From: Callorhinchus milii
Lineage: Eukaryota
DNA: 64,000 nt
Reading direction: 5' to 3'
Assembly (NCBI RefSeq): GCF_018977255.1
Contig: NW_024704742.1
Coordinates: 4,404,001 to 4,468,000, forward strand
Shown here: positions 13,805 to 26,295 of the stretch, piece by piece
Position numbering within the stretch: the stretch's first letter is position 1
How the letters are laid out: each line of letters begins with the position of its first letter
Translations under genes and position numbers: made by a program
Notes under the pieces: model-generated
Told to the model about the DNA's origin: nothing
Database searches by the model: none
Seen by the model: the letters and a program-made list of their open reading frames with translations, nothing else

Positions 13805-14075
13805 TATAATAATTCCTGTGTTTCATATAACCATGTCATTGAGACAACTCAAAATACTTCACAAGATATACTGTAAAGTGCAGTGACTGTGCATTTGTAG
13901 ATGAACATGGCAGCCAATTTGATTTGGGTGATTGATATCTGGAAGATTGTTGGCCAGGACACCGGGAGAAACTCCCTTATCTTTTCGAATGCTGCCATAG
14001 GATCTTTACTATCCACCTGGACAGGCAGACAGGAACTCGGTTTAGCATCCAATCCAAAGGACATCTCCCCCGACA
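13805..14075 (-). mobile_element. Deu-domain SINE (SacSINE1/AmnSINE1-like) fragment
   Basis: ttggccaggacaccgggagaaactccc...ttcgaatgctgccataggatcttta...ggcagacagg...cggttta is the reverse complement of the Deu domain as I recall it. Confidence 0.8.
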
Positions 14076-15596
14076 CAAGCATGAAACAGAAGGAGAAAGC
14101 CAGAAGACCAGAAAAAATATCGAATGATAAAAAAAAAATTGCCCCGAGTTGAAACAAATCCAAAAGAAATAGAACTGGCAAGTCTGTTTATCCTGTTTGC
14201 GTAACCTCTGAGGCTAGGTGCGGTGGGTATATATATATAGATCTTGCTCTGGAGACCGTAAGTCCCAAGAGTCACAGTTTGGCTGCTGTGATGTGATCCT
14301 TCTCAGAACGCAATGCTCCAAGAAGAGTCAATGGCACTTCCCTGGTGATGAATGGGGTGGGGGTGGGTAGGGAATAACAGAAGCATAATATCTCTGCAAT
14401 GGACAAACAATGCAGAAACGCAGTAAAGTGAGATGTGTTGCTTTCTCGTGCTCTTGTTTTTGCTCAAACGACAGAGCAAACGACAGACAGGAAAGAGGAT
14501 GGGCACGTGGCAGATCAGGTAATTAGCACGCCGTTGTACGATGTAACGCACAGGATTTGTGCTCCATGTAGGGCGTGAAGTGTGGCGCGATACACGTTAG
14601 CCCGGACGCAGGCAATGAAAGCAACGCACTGGGCTACAGAAGTACAAAAGTGACGGTACGCATCGCATTTTAAACGTGCTGAGGAGGAGAATTCCGTGAA
14701 GCTGGAAATGCAGAACTTCTTCCCGCGTAACAAGGAGCCGGAGAGCTTTACCCACTCACTGCATGCAGGCTGAGTATCTTTCAACAAAAGAAAGGCATGT
14801 ATATCCAGCACTCACTCAAACGGAACACAAACATGTTATTAAAATTGATAATAATCCTTTTATTTGATATATAATGTTGTTACGAAATTTGTGGGAAATT
14901 GTTGCGCCCGAATTGGCTGCAAATGCACAGTCACTACACTTTACAGTAAAGTCCTGTGAGGTGCTTTGAGGCGTTTTGATGACTTGACAAGGTGAATGCA
15001 ATGATTATTATTTCAAAACATCTCAAAGTGCTTTACTTTTAAGGGATATGTCTAGCAACTGTGCACTTGTACAGAATAGAAGCAAAATTTGCGCACAACA
15101 ATGCAGCACAAACAGCCAAGAGGTGAATGACTAATATATTTGGGGATCATCGTCCAGGACACTGGGAGAAACTTCCTTTTCTTTTTGTGATGGGAAAAGC
15201 AGAGGAGCCTTCTCATGCTTTTTTGTCAGGACAGTATCACAGGCAGATCTCATGATCTCGCAATAATGTCACTTGACAACTATCGCTTTGCCGAGGGTTG
15301 AGACTCAAATCGAACAAAGCTGGGTTGCCAAAGTTCTTGTTTCATGTGAAGGCTGAGTCCCTTTAATTTACAGCAAATGCTTTGAATAAATTAGAAAAAC
15401 TAATCGTTTCTCGAATTGCTGTTGGCATTCTCACAGGGTGGCAAACTGTTCACAGTTTGCAGCACACTTCAGAAAAGAATGAGCTCAGTTTCGTGTAAGC
15501 GGAGTAGAAATTCAGCCTGTGAAGCAGTCACATGTTTCCTTCTATTACAGGGGCCACCGTTTGAATAGTGGAATGATATTAGGCTGGTGTGTATGT

Positions 15597-15820
15597 AGAA
15601 TCATAGAATCATAGAATATTACAGCACAGGAGGAGGCGATTCGGCCCATCGTGTCTGGCCCGGTCTTTCCCATTCCCCGGCGCTACCTGATTAGTCCCAC
15701 TCCTCTAACTCTTTCCCCATATCCTTGCAAGTTTTTCCTTTGCAAGTACCTATCCAATTCCCTCTATTCTTGTTGACTATGTTTCCACTGTCCTTTCAGG
15801 CAGTGCATTCCAGACATTAT
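15597..15820 (-). mobile_element. CR1 LINE 3' end ((attctatg)n family)
   Basis: tagaatcatagaatcatagaat terminal repeat, followed by gcacaggaggaggcgattcggcccatcg (CR1 3' hairpin region). Confidence 0.85.
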
Positions 15821-15984
15821 GAATACATGTTCATGTCTGTACATAGTTTGTTTTCAGGGCATTGTGATCCATCACCCGACTGACATTTTGGGACAATATT
15901 TAACTAAGAAAATATGTAAGACATAAATATGGAACTGGGGACAGGGATTCTTCCCACTCAGCTCTTCCTTACCCTGCAAGCCAG

Positions 15985-16245
15985 GTCCCAGATGGACAAG
16001 CACCGGGAAGCTTGCCAGTGGTACTTTCAATGGCAACCTATGTAGTTTTAGCTGGTTAGACTCCAGGAGTACCCCAACGCACACTCTGGGGTCCCCAAAC
16101 TGTGGCTCTTGCCAACCTGCGCCTAATACTTTCCGGGATTAGCAAGGTGGATCACTCTGGGATGACAGGGTGCATTCCATGTTAGACCAAGGGTAGTTTC
16201 CATGCTTTGGTGTTGGGACTAACAGTCTGGTTTGGATAACCTTAA
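15985..16245 (+). repeat. Unclassified interspersed repeat, copy 3 (longest)
   Basis: Matches 9370-9560, 29680-29830 and the reverse complement of 6395-6530. Confidence 0.75.
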
Positions 16246-17879
16246 TTATTGTGATAGGTTTCCACATGTGCCAGACACTCAGCTGACCCCAAAAAAGTGG
16301 ATTCTTCAAGTAACCATAGGAACGTTGTGTGGAACGCAATCTATTTGCAAACCGTCAGGATGTTAACATGACACGCTTCCTGGAACCATCAGGTATCACT
16401 ATTTGCAACTCGGAGTTGCTATTAGGGACTCTCTTACTAATCAGAACATTTTAGAAAGCAGTCAGGTCAGGTCAGAAAGCTCAGCGCAAGATGAATGATG
16501 GATTTCAAGCTGGAATTAATGTGAGGCAGTTTTCAGGAATCGAAATTCTGAGCAAGTGTTTGACAAACAGAGCTTTTGAAGCAGCTACTTGAAATCTTTA
16601 AGACAATTGAGCCCAGTAAATTCATCACTGAAGTGACTGGCTTAAATAGGAGGGAACACAAATTCCAAATGGGAAGCTAGGCCTAGAGAGAGAGTTTAGT
16701 CTGGCGAAGAGATTTCACAGAAAATAGACTTGTGGAATAAATAACTAGGCAAGGCCACTGAAACAAACAGTACAAATGGGTTTAAGAGTCATCTAAAGGT
16801 GTTTTTCAAAAAGAGATTGAAAAAGAAAAGATTCACTGTGCACCCTGGTACTTTTCCAGCGACGTGATCAAGCAGGATTCAGGACATGTCCACATTCCCA
16901 AGTCTCATTGACGAGCCAGTTAACCAATATTATTGTGGACTTTGTTATGTCAAAGCTTTGTTATGCCAAGGCCAGGCAAGTCCACAATCATATCACAATT
17001 CCCTCCCCCGGAGAATTACACCTCCTCCCCTCTCCCCTGGAGAAGTCTTGTTGGAAAAGATTGTGGGATCTACTACGTGAGATGCAGATCTAAATAAGCA
17101 TCGGTTTGTTGGGTCCAACGGCCCTTTCCTATCCCTAACAATTCTCATCTCCAATCCCGGGTTGTATTTTACCCAGAACTTGTCAATTTGCTTTCTCATA
17201 AGCATCAAAGTATGAGTACTCACTCATACTTTGATGCTTATAAATGAAGGAATGACTGTTCAGCTCATGATCGCTTATAACCTACTAATGATCATGTACA
17301 AACTGCTGGATTGTCAATCTAGTTTCAAAAGAGAAAGCTGTTACAATTTTGGACACTTGGCCTGGGGCTGGTTGAGACTCCAGGAAGTGTCTGAAGATTC
17401 CTTCTGCAGCTCGTGAACATGGCATTAATTATTACCTGCATCCTGCCACCCACTGATTCAAACCCTTTCATCCTTATATTGACGCTTCTACCCTTATACC
17501 GGTCCTTTCACCCTTATATTATATTCACCCTTACAACGGAGAAGGTTGTCACAAGTCTGATTCGCTCTGCCTCTAGCCTCTCTCTCTCCACCACCGTCCC
17601 CCCCCCCACCCCTCTCCCCAACCTCGTCCCTTCATATAATTACTTTAATTTCTAGTGTGGGTCAGCAAACCTTTGCCAACTGTTTCCAGAAGGTTGCACA
17701 CAGGTGACAAAACACTTGCCGTAGAAATAATGTGAATATTAAGCTAATCAAAGTGTTCTCATCTAAAAACCAGTGGTTAACAAGCTATCCATGTCACTTT
17801 GCTGCATGCTCTTGCTCTGTCCCATTTGTCTACTAGTAATCTACATTTCAAATGATTACATGGGAAGCTGAAGTGGTAG

Positions 17880-18310
17880 TGACAAGGATAAACGAAGCTT
17901 GTTAAACTAATAGCTGCACTAATGCCCAAATATGTGAACTTCCAGTGCATTCAGCATCAGCGCTGGCAGAGCTGTCAGCTGGCTCCCCCTGGGCTCGTCC
18001 ACCACTTCTGCCACATGATGAATGGCCCTGTCGAGCAAATTCATCCGGGGCCCAATTAAACAGGCAGAAATGAACTAGAGCCGTCAACGAGAAAAAAAAT
18101 CCACACAAAGTCAAGGAAGCTCTAAGGCGGTGAAGTCATTCTGTCAGAAAATGGCCATTTAATGCTTTGCCGAGCTCACGACAGATATGTCATCTGAGGA
18201 AGCTTTAGCGGAGTCCCTGGGTGTTTCATTTATTAATTATCAGATACAACGGGGGATTGGAGTACTTCTTACAGGCACTGTCAGGCAGTCCCTCCTGTCA
18301 GCGCCTACTC
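17880..18310. promoter_or_regulatory. Candidate conserved noncoding enhancer (TALE/homeodomain motif cluster)
   Basis: Repeat-free block with four co-oriented CTGTCAG sites (17972, 18141, 18278, 18295) and TAAT cores. Conservation not tested. Confidence 0.35.
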
Positions 18311-19665
18311 AGGCCAGCTGCAGGCGAACAGAAAAAAGTTTTCTTTCAAAATAGAATCTTGTGTCTGTCTTTGTGGGAGATGTTGTTAAAGTTGGGGGAA
18401 GTGGAGAGGGGGGGTGGTGGCGGTGGTGGGGGAGGGGATGGGATTTGTGCTGAAGGACACCCAGCAAAGCATGCATTGAGCTTAAAGAAAATCCTCTCAA
18501 TCCCTTTTTTGTCCTTATTGTTGTGCAGCAGGAAAAGGGGCCTTGACTTAGGAAACGCTCCTGAAAGCCTCTTCTTCAGGAGTGGGAGCCAGGGGAGGGG
18601 GTGGGTGTTCAGGCGAAGCACTAAAACAGAACTCCCCCGCACCACCACCCTCCCACGGCTTTGAATTGGGAATATTTCTGTCGTGTGATCACAGAGAAGT
18701 TTGGAGTTGTAGCCCACTGGCGTCACCTTTCACCAGGAGGTGTCCTTGCGGGAGGCAAGAAGGAAGGTGGAAGACAGGGAGAGGAGAGGAGAAGGTGTGT
18801 GACATTAAAGGAAAAACAAAAGTGTGTTTGTTTACAGTGAACTTCAATAGTTTCCGTTACACGAGAATTGATGCGTGCACCGAGCTGTGTTAGCATCTTG
18901 AGTTCTAAGGCCACTCACCTAAGTGTTTAGAAAAAAAAATTGCTTGCAACAGATGCAGAATCAAAACCCATGATCGTTCGGTGATAAACTCGCTTCCTAC
19001 TTAGTTCAGTGATATCGCCGTAGCTTTGACTACTGTGAACGAATGCAAACAAGCACCGCCAGCATGTGCAGCGTAGCAGTAAGTACTGCTGCCGCCTGCC
19101 ACTGCCTTGGTTGGTTCATTGTTAATAACATTTCATCAGAGAGTTGACAGAGGAACAATTGCACCTTGTACATCAATCACAGTACATTCCTGCCAAGAGA
19201 CCCACGCAGAAGTTAATTGTCATTGCATTCGGTTACGAAAATGTTTATTTGCGAGGGAAGTCGTAGAGGGATGGATGTGAGGGGGATATCTTGCCTATTG
19301 AATGATGCAAGACTTTATTTAGCTCCTTGATGTGAGTCTCCAGAAGAAATTGTGCATGAATACACAGTCACTACATTTCATTACACTCCTGTGAAGCATT
19401 TTGACTTTGACTCAGGAGTGATAAGGAGCTATATCAAATGTAAGCTTTATTATTAGCATAAATCCTGTAACGTTGGAAGCTCCATAAGTTTCTGTTTCGC
19501 TGACCAACTCCCAACACCCAACTCTCCAACGCCGCGCTGAGCAGCCTCACCTCAACTTGCTGGCTACACAGTGGCCGGGGAGATCGACTTTGACTCAGAT
19601 TGTTTGAACCCCTCGAGCAGAAGAGAGCTTATTCTCCAGCAGAATTCAAACTACAACAACAACAG

Positions 19666-20140
19666 GCTCCGTGACCCCATCGCTCCCACCCTCGCCCGAC
19701 TCCACTGGCTCCCCATCCCCCAGAGGATCGAATTCAAGATCTTCGTCCTCACCTTTAAGGCCATCCATGGCCTCGCCCCCTCCTACCTCTCTGACCTGCT
19801 GACTCCCTACCAACCTGCCCGCTCCCTCCGTTCAGTGGACTCCGGGCTGCTCCATGTCTCCCGCCCGACCCGCCCTACCATCGGTGGCCGGGCTTTCAGC
19901 CTCTCTGCCCCCACACTCTGGAACCCCATCCCACGTTCCCTTCACCTCGCTTCCTCCCTTGCCTCCTTCAAGGCCGGTCTCAAGACCCTTCTCTTCAATC
20001 GTGCCTTTGGTCTCTCTCCCACCTCTCTGCCTTCCCTCACCCCTACACCACCCTTGTCCCCGACATCTGACTGTTCAGCACTTTGGGACGTCCTCCCGAC
20101 GTGAAAAGCGCTCTTTAAATGGAATTTGTTGTTGTTGTTG
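19666..20140 (+). mobile_element. L2 LINE 3' end with open ORF2 C-terminus
   Basis: LHWLPIPQRIEFKI..LTFKAIHGLAPSYLSDLL..RSLRS..GGRAFS..APTLWN..FKAGLKTLLF is the typical L2 ORF2 C-terminus; C-rich 3' UTR, stem-loop, (ttg)n tail. Confidence 0.95.
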
Positions 20141-20487
20141 AGTCATTCGGGACGGGAAACAATGATATTAGAGGAGTGGGAAGGCCTTTCGCTTTGTAAG
20201 AATGTCCTCGCAGTGTAATCTACGAATTGCCCAAATGGACAAATTAGAAGTTAGTCAACAATTTTCAGACTTCCCACGTGATACAATTTCAATAATTGCT
20301 GAGGCACATAATAGGTCGTTTAATACGACCACGACTGACGTTAGCAGTGGTTTATGAACAGGCACACATCAACAAAATAACTACTCCACAATCTTTTACA
20401 CCAACAGCACATTAACGTTACCAAATTCAAACTTCCGTTGGGGTTTGCGGTGGGAGTGGGGTTGGGCGGGTGTTTTATTGCATTTTA

Positions 20488-20678
20488 ATATGGTTCGTTA
20501 TACTATATCTGGGTTCATTAAACAGGGGTTCATTATAATAAAGTTCATTGTACCAGGGCTTATTGTATATAGTTTCATTATAATAGGGTTAATTGTGATC
20601 GGGTTCTTTATATCTGGGTAAATTATAAAAGGTTCATTATAAAAGGTTCATTCTAATAGGGTTTATTATAACAGGGTG
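20488..20678 (+). repeat. Degenerate ~15-bp minisatellite (consensus ~gggttcattataata)
   Basis: About a dozen imperfect units, e.g. gggttcattaaaca, ggggttcattataat, aggttcattataaa, gggtttattataaca. Confidence 0.8.
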
Positions 20679-23024
20679 CCTGCCTGGTTATAGAATTTGT
20701 CTATACTTCCTAATGACCACATACATTTTTTCACAACTATCATATCCACGTGCATCAATTTCCTGGCTGACAAAACAAAAAATCAGAAGAAAAAAAATGG
20801 GGATGGAAAAATGGCGTTATCCCGAGGGTTAAAATGTTAAAATGCGGAAAGATTTACCATAAAAGACTGTTGAAGCTGAGTCCATAAACACAGGAGTTTT
20901 TTTTAAAAAAAATCGATAACTACTTCAGGAAAAAATAATAGTAAAGGTATAGGGAACGAGCAGGAAAATGGGATAAGAGAAGAGAGCTCCAGAATGTGAG
21001 TTAGCAGCAGCACAGAGTCAACGGGCTGAATGGCCTCCTGTCCTGTAAACTTTCTGTAAACTTTCTGCAACTCTACCAGACAGGAGTGGTAAGAGGATTC
21101 CTAGACTTTGGAAGCTCATTCAAACAAAGTCTGAACATCACAAGAGGTTATTGTCCAAATATGTTACATTAGTCACATTCAAGGACAATAAATAGTCATG
21201 TTTTTTTCTGGAAGGTAATTAATTTGACCATTTTTATGGCTGAGAAAAGACAGGGTGAGAATCACTTCACAACTGTGGTCGCGTAATTCATCCACGGTCA
21301 CACTACTTTTCACTGTATTCTGTGAAGCCCTTTGAGACGTCTCAGCGATTTGATCGGGCGCTATATCAAATGCAAGAATTATTATTATGATTTATTTGTG
21401 CAGATGCCGCAACAGGAATTTTAGAGCAAATTTAAAAAGGAGGCTCTTAACAAAAGGGATAGAAATAAATAAACTGTTCATGATGCTGAATATCATAACT
21501 CACGGGCAAATCAGTCACTCATGAGCTCCCCAAACCTGTGTCCCTCGATAGTTTATTTTACATAACCCATCGAATCCTGTCATGTATCCCTCCGTAAACA
21601 CAAGTTCACAGCAATTTGTACAAAGTGCCTCGATAAGATGTTCCAGTGGGCGGGGGGGGGGGGGGGGGGGAGGAAGGGGTGATATGAGAACGAGCTCCTC
21701 AGTGAGATGGATTTTTTTATTTCCAAACTGGAAGGCTTTCGAAAAATGCTAATTGCAGTCAATAAGTAGAAACTGTAGCGCGAGTTTGAAAGTTCCCTGT
21801 GGGTTAGTCAGACATGGCTTGTAGCTTGTCAGTTTGTAAAGTGATATCAAGAAATGAAGAGTACAACATTTCTGTTCTGACTGCGTATCCAATTTTGCTG
21901 CATCCATTATAAACATATTGTACTTCCGTATGTTTCATGCTGCAAAACCCTGAGGGAACTTTCATTTCTCCCAGTCAAGAAGACTGGCAAAGCACCTGCG
22001 GGCTTGATTTTGAGTCAAGGAACTCAATGAATATAAATTTATCATGTCAAAATTTGTTCAGCTAAACTTGCGAAGTATAACAAGATTACTGGACCTTATA
22101 ATGTAAGTGGTAATATTGTTATTGAACAAAAGTGAATGGAAATGACTGGCATATGCATAATGTTGCCTTTAACATTGTCAAAACAGCTGGGAAATAAACT
22201 GCTTTGCGTTCGTTCGCTCCCTGTGTCTGAAATTGATTCCATTTACTCTGTATACCTCTCAATAATTGATATCAGTATGAACATTGTGTCAATAGCTGTG
22301 GGAGAGGATTGGCTATAACAAGGGGATGTTCGCTGAAGTGGTTTTTACTTTAAATATCGGTTTAGTAGTTGTTTGTGAAAATATCAGCAGGTTGGAAAAA
22401 TAATTCATCTCAACATTGTGAAGCTGGAGTCGAACATGAGGGTTTGGCTAGTAGTACACCACAGTAACCGTGTTCAAGCCCGTAACTACGCAACTTAGGA
22501 GAACGAGGGCCGAAATGATAAAGATATCCCACAATTGCTGGAAAGTTTGAAATACTTTCAGCACTGAGTGCCATGCCACCAGTCGTCAATAACACTGCTT
22601 TATCATTAAAAGGGTTTTCTCAGACATAGGAACAGACAAAAGCAGGAAACGGGCACTCTGTACTCCAGCTCGCTCCGTTATCCCCCACTCCAGATCCCTC
22701 CAGCGTAGTCTGTATCCACTGCGGTCCAGAATCCTCCGGTGTAGTCTGTATCACAAATCAATACAATGCGCTTTGAAATGCTTTACCTGATTCGGGATTC
22801 AGATTTTAACAATACTTGGTCACTTTCTTGCTAGTTTTTGGCCCTCTTCGTTGTTTAAACGTTTGGATCATGATTTCCCCCTATTTTGACGTCCTGTTGT
22901 CCAGTAATCACCGAGCAGGAAGCTCTGCGTAATCTAAATTTATTTTGTTGAGTTCAGCTGCTATCTCACTAACTGGCAAATGAGTGACTTGGGCTTCGGG
23001 CTCAATCATTGTGATGGAAACAAC

Positions 23025-23405
23025 CACAACAACAACTTGGACGTATACAGCGCCCTTCCCCGGAGGATAGCGTCTCAGAGCGCTTAACAGTGGCGGAGTC
23101 TGACTCCGAGCCGGGTGTGGGGCGGGGGAGGTGGCTGTAAACACAGTCGAACAGGAAGTTTTTCAGACGGAAAAAGGGGAGAGAGGGGGCAAGGCGGAGG
23201 GATTGAGGGAGAGTGTTCCAGAGTTTCGGGGCGTAGTGGCTGAAAGCGCGACCTCCGGTGGTGGGGTGCGGGGGACGAGCAGGAGCTGGTGTCAGTCGAG
23301 TGGAGGCGCCGGGTGGTGGATTGGGGAGTGAGGAGGTCGGAGAGGGAGGGAGGTGCCAAGGAGTGAAGGGATTTGAGCACGAGAGCAAGAGGATCTTGGA
23401 GTCGA
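23025..23405 (-). mobile_element. L2 LINE 3' end
   Basis: Minus-strand peptides FKSLHSLAPPSLSDLL-like and GGRAFSHYAPKLWNTLPQSLRLAPSL; (caa)n tail. Confidence 0.92.
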
Positions 23406-24357
23406 AACAAGCAAAAGGAAAATAACAACAGGCCAGTTGATAATTAAGACATCGACTGGCCGTGTTTTTCAACAGTGTGTTAATTAGCACATCACAGGTC
23501 GTGTGTTTCACCTCAATATGTATTTCCTTGCGTTTCTCAGCTTTAAATGTCATTTGTGAGCCAGGTGCTTATTCTCTGTTCATTTCTTTGAATCCCCACA
23601 CATCATCTGCAAATTTAGCATCCTGCTTTTAATAACATCATAATATTATTTATAAATATTATCAGCCGCACAGGTACCAGGACTTCTCCCTGTGGAGTAT
23701 CTTAACCCCCCCCCATCACCATATGTTCTCTGTATTCAGGCAGAGTTTGGGATGTGAATCATGGGTACAGATATGAATTTGGATTTATGAATAAGTGACT
23801 TCAGGATGTGCATCATCTGGCTATTGCGTAAAGCACTGAACTATAACTGCGCTCAACAGTTTCTGGAGTGAAGTGTAGGTACAAGTGAACAATGAACATT
23901 ATATATGTACTGCAATACACTTTGAAGTGCCGTTGGCATCATTTCATGTTCGCTGACAGATCACGCAGTTGGTATTTGAACAGTGAATTATGTAATGTTA
24001 CAAAGCTATCTTTCCAGAATCTGTGAAGTCAGTTAATGTGATCTCCAATGCCCTTGTAATGTAAAAACATTAGGGGCATTTTTCCTCCAGCTGCCGTCAG
24101 CTATTCTTCTCTAATTGCACATCTTTATTCTGTCCTTTCTTCGCCAGGGTGCTTTTCAAAGATCCATAATTTCCACCCATTCCTTTAGATTCTTAGTAAT
24201 TGCAATTTCTGCATTTATTTTCCAGGCTCCTCTCATTCACATGTTTGCACGTCCTCTAATTGTTCATTTTTTTTTGAGAAAGACTACTTTTTCTAGATTG
24301 TTTAATAAGTAGATTAGGTTCATTCTCTCTACAGCAGACAGTAGCTTCTGAGTAAAC

Positions 24358-24530
24358 AAAAGACAAAATACTGCAGATGCTGGAAACCTGAGATAATAAA
24401 CAGAAGTCACTGGGAACGTTAAGCAAATCAGTGACGAAAGGTCATCGACCTGAAATGTTACGCACTTTCCTCTCTCCATAGATGCTGTCTGACCTGCTGA
24501 GTGTTCCCAGCGACTTCTGTTTTTTATTTT
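24358..24530. mobile_element. Penelope-type terminal inverted-repeat remnant containing a hammerhead-core relic
   Basis: Arms aaacagaagtcactgggaac and gttcccagcgacttctgttt are complementary at 19/20; central TGACGA-a-AGGTC-atc-GACCT-GAAA; resembles a common chondrichthyan repeat (gcagatgctggaaa...) from recall. Confidence 0.65.
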
Positions 24531-24799
24531 AGCTTCTGAATAGAAGTTGGGGAAACAGGGTATTTTTAATTTATTCCCAGTGTAGAATAAATTATACTCA
24601 TTTACGAAGGGTAAGTGGTTAATTTCTCATTTCGTAAACTGGTTGATTCATGGATTCCTTAAATTTTCCACCACAAGTGGTAAATTATTATGCAAGAATA
24701 TGGAAAAGACACATTGCCAGGTCTCTTCTATGCATGTTTTTCACAATTGCCACCAAAATTACCTGCTCAAACACTGATTGATCCTTATTTTTTTAACGT

Positions 24800-25875
24800 C
24801 AGGGAACAAAAAGTAAATGCTCTGACTCCAATCTTTCATACATCCCTGGATTCAAAAACTTGTACCCAAAAACTAGAAGGATGCTAACATACCACCTTAT
24901 TCAAAGAGGGAGAATGAGATCTGTTGAGTAACTATAGACCAGTCAGCCTAAAATCCATAGGGGGCAAACTTTTAGAGACAATAGTTCAAGATAATGTTCA
25001 TAATCACTCAGAAAGACATGGGTTGATTTTTCTTAGTGAAATGACTCAAAGAATAGATAAAGGTACTGTCATTGTCATGTATGTACATTTTTTTTTGATA
25101 AGGTGGCACTTAAGAGGCTTGTTAAAAAAAATTAAGGCGATTGTAATAATAGAATGGTGGCGACAGGGATAGAAAATTGGTTAAGGAATAAGAAACAAAA
25201 ACTACCTGGTTGTTGCAACAACAACAACAACAACTTGCACTTATATAGCGCCCTCCACGCCGGGAGGCGGCTCAGAGCGCTTAACAATGGTGAAGCCCGG
25301 GGCCGAGCCAGGGGGAGGGGGAAAGGTGACCGTAGGCGCGGTCGAAAAGGAAGGTCTTCAGGCGCGACCAGAAGATGGGGAAGGAGGGGGCGAGGCGAAG
25401 GGGTTGAGGGAGGGAGTTCCAAAGTTTCAATCTACTGAACTTTGTTATAATATGGCTTTGCTCATAAATGGTCCTAACAGTTACTTATCCAAAAAATCTA
25501 AATTCACCTCCCAGTCCAGCTGTGGTCCTGGAAGCCAAACCCTCCTCATAAGGTCAACGCAGGATGTCAAGTCAGTCATTTTGGCCTCATACGTGCTGGA
25601 AGGAAGCAATGGTCCTAACGCAGATGGATCCATTGGGATTATTGATGTCCTGCATTTATATAAATGATCTGTATTCTGGTGTAAGGGCGCAATTTCTAAG
25701 CGTGCCGATGACACAAAAACAGGGAGTGGAGCTCACAGTGAAGAAGCTTGCAAGTCGAAGGAGTAATTTGCAGGGGTATGGGGAAAAGCGGGTAAAAAGG
25801 GTCGATTGGATGAGTATTTCACAGCACTGACACAATAGACTGAATGGTCTTCTTCTGTACTGTAAGTTTCTATGG
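24800..25875 (+). mobile_element. Decayed CR1 LINE RT region, interrupted by an L2
   Basis: NYRPVSLKSIGGKLLETIVQD..H and YINDL..ADDTK-like motifs; 3' end gactgaatggtcttcttctgtactgtaagtttctatg. Confidence 0.85.
25215..25425 (-). mobile_element. L2 LINE short 3' end nested in CR1
   Basis: (caa)n tail plus cttgcacttatatagcgccctccacgccgggaggcgg; G-rich body similar to 23025-23405. Confidence 0.88.
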
Positions 25876-25913
25876 TTTACTGTTTCTCACATACATTAGG
25901 CTTTGAATGCACT

Positions 25914-26295
25914 AGAGCCCTGTAGCTCAGTGGTTAGAGCACTCGCCTCGCAAGCGAGAGACCTGGGTTCGATTCCCGGCAGAGTGAAATGTTGGTCAGG
26001 TTTCATTACTCCACACGCCTCTGTTTACCTAGCAGTAAGTAGGAACCCAGTTGTTAGTCCATTGGCGGGATTGCTTTTCCCGGGAGTAATAATTCCTTCT
26101 NAAAAAATATAATAATAATTTGGTCACTTCAATCCACGACTGTTCGTGGGACGCTGCTGTGCACAATTGTCTGCCACAATTCACCCCCAAAATATACTGT
26201 CAATTCACTTTACAGTATATTCTGTGAAGCCCTTTGAGATGTCTCGAAGATGTGATAAGGCACTATATCAAATGCAAGGATTACTATTTTATTAT
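25914..26295 (+). mobile_element. Full-length tRNA-Ala SINE
   Basis: A box tagctcagtggt, B box ggttcgattcc, CORE-like body, L2-type tail. Confidence 0.92.

Noticed and set aside
18221..18893. Overlapping 103-147-aa ORFs
   Set aside because: Low-complexity G/P-rich chance frames on both strands with no recognisable domain or splice structure.
19571..20104. 177-aa ORF as a host gene
   Set aside because: It is the C-terminus of L2 ORF2 in a 5'-truncated copy with a chance upstream start.
21648..21680. Poly-G tract / G-quadruplex
   Set aside because: A simple homopolymer of uncertain length with no functional context.
25914..25985. tRNA-Ala(CGC)-like sequence (also at 8447, 13280, 29067 and 60410-60480)
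   Set aside because: It has A and B boxes and an anticodon-like arm but no 3' acceptor strand, and it runs straight into the SINE body; these are SINE heads, not tRNA genes.
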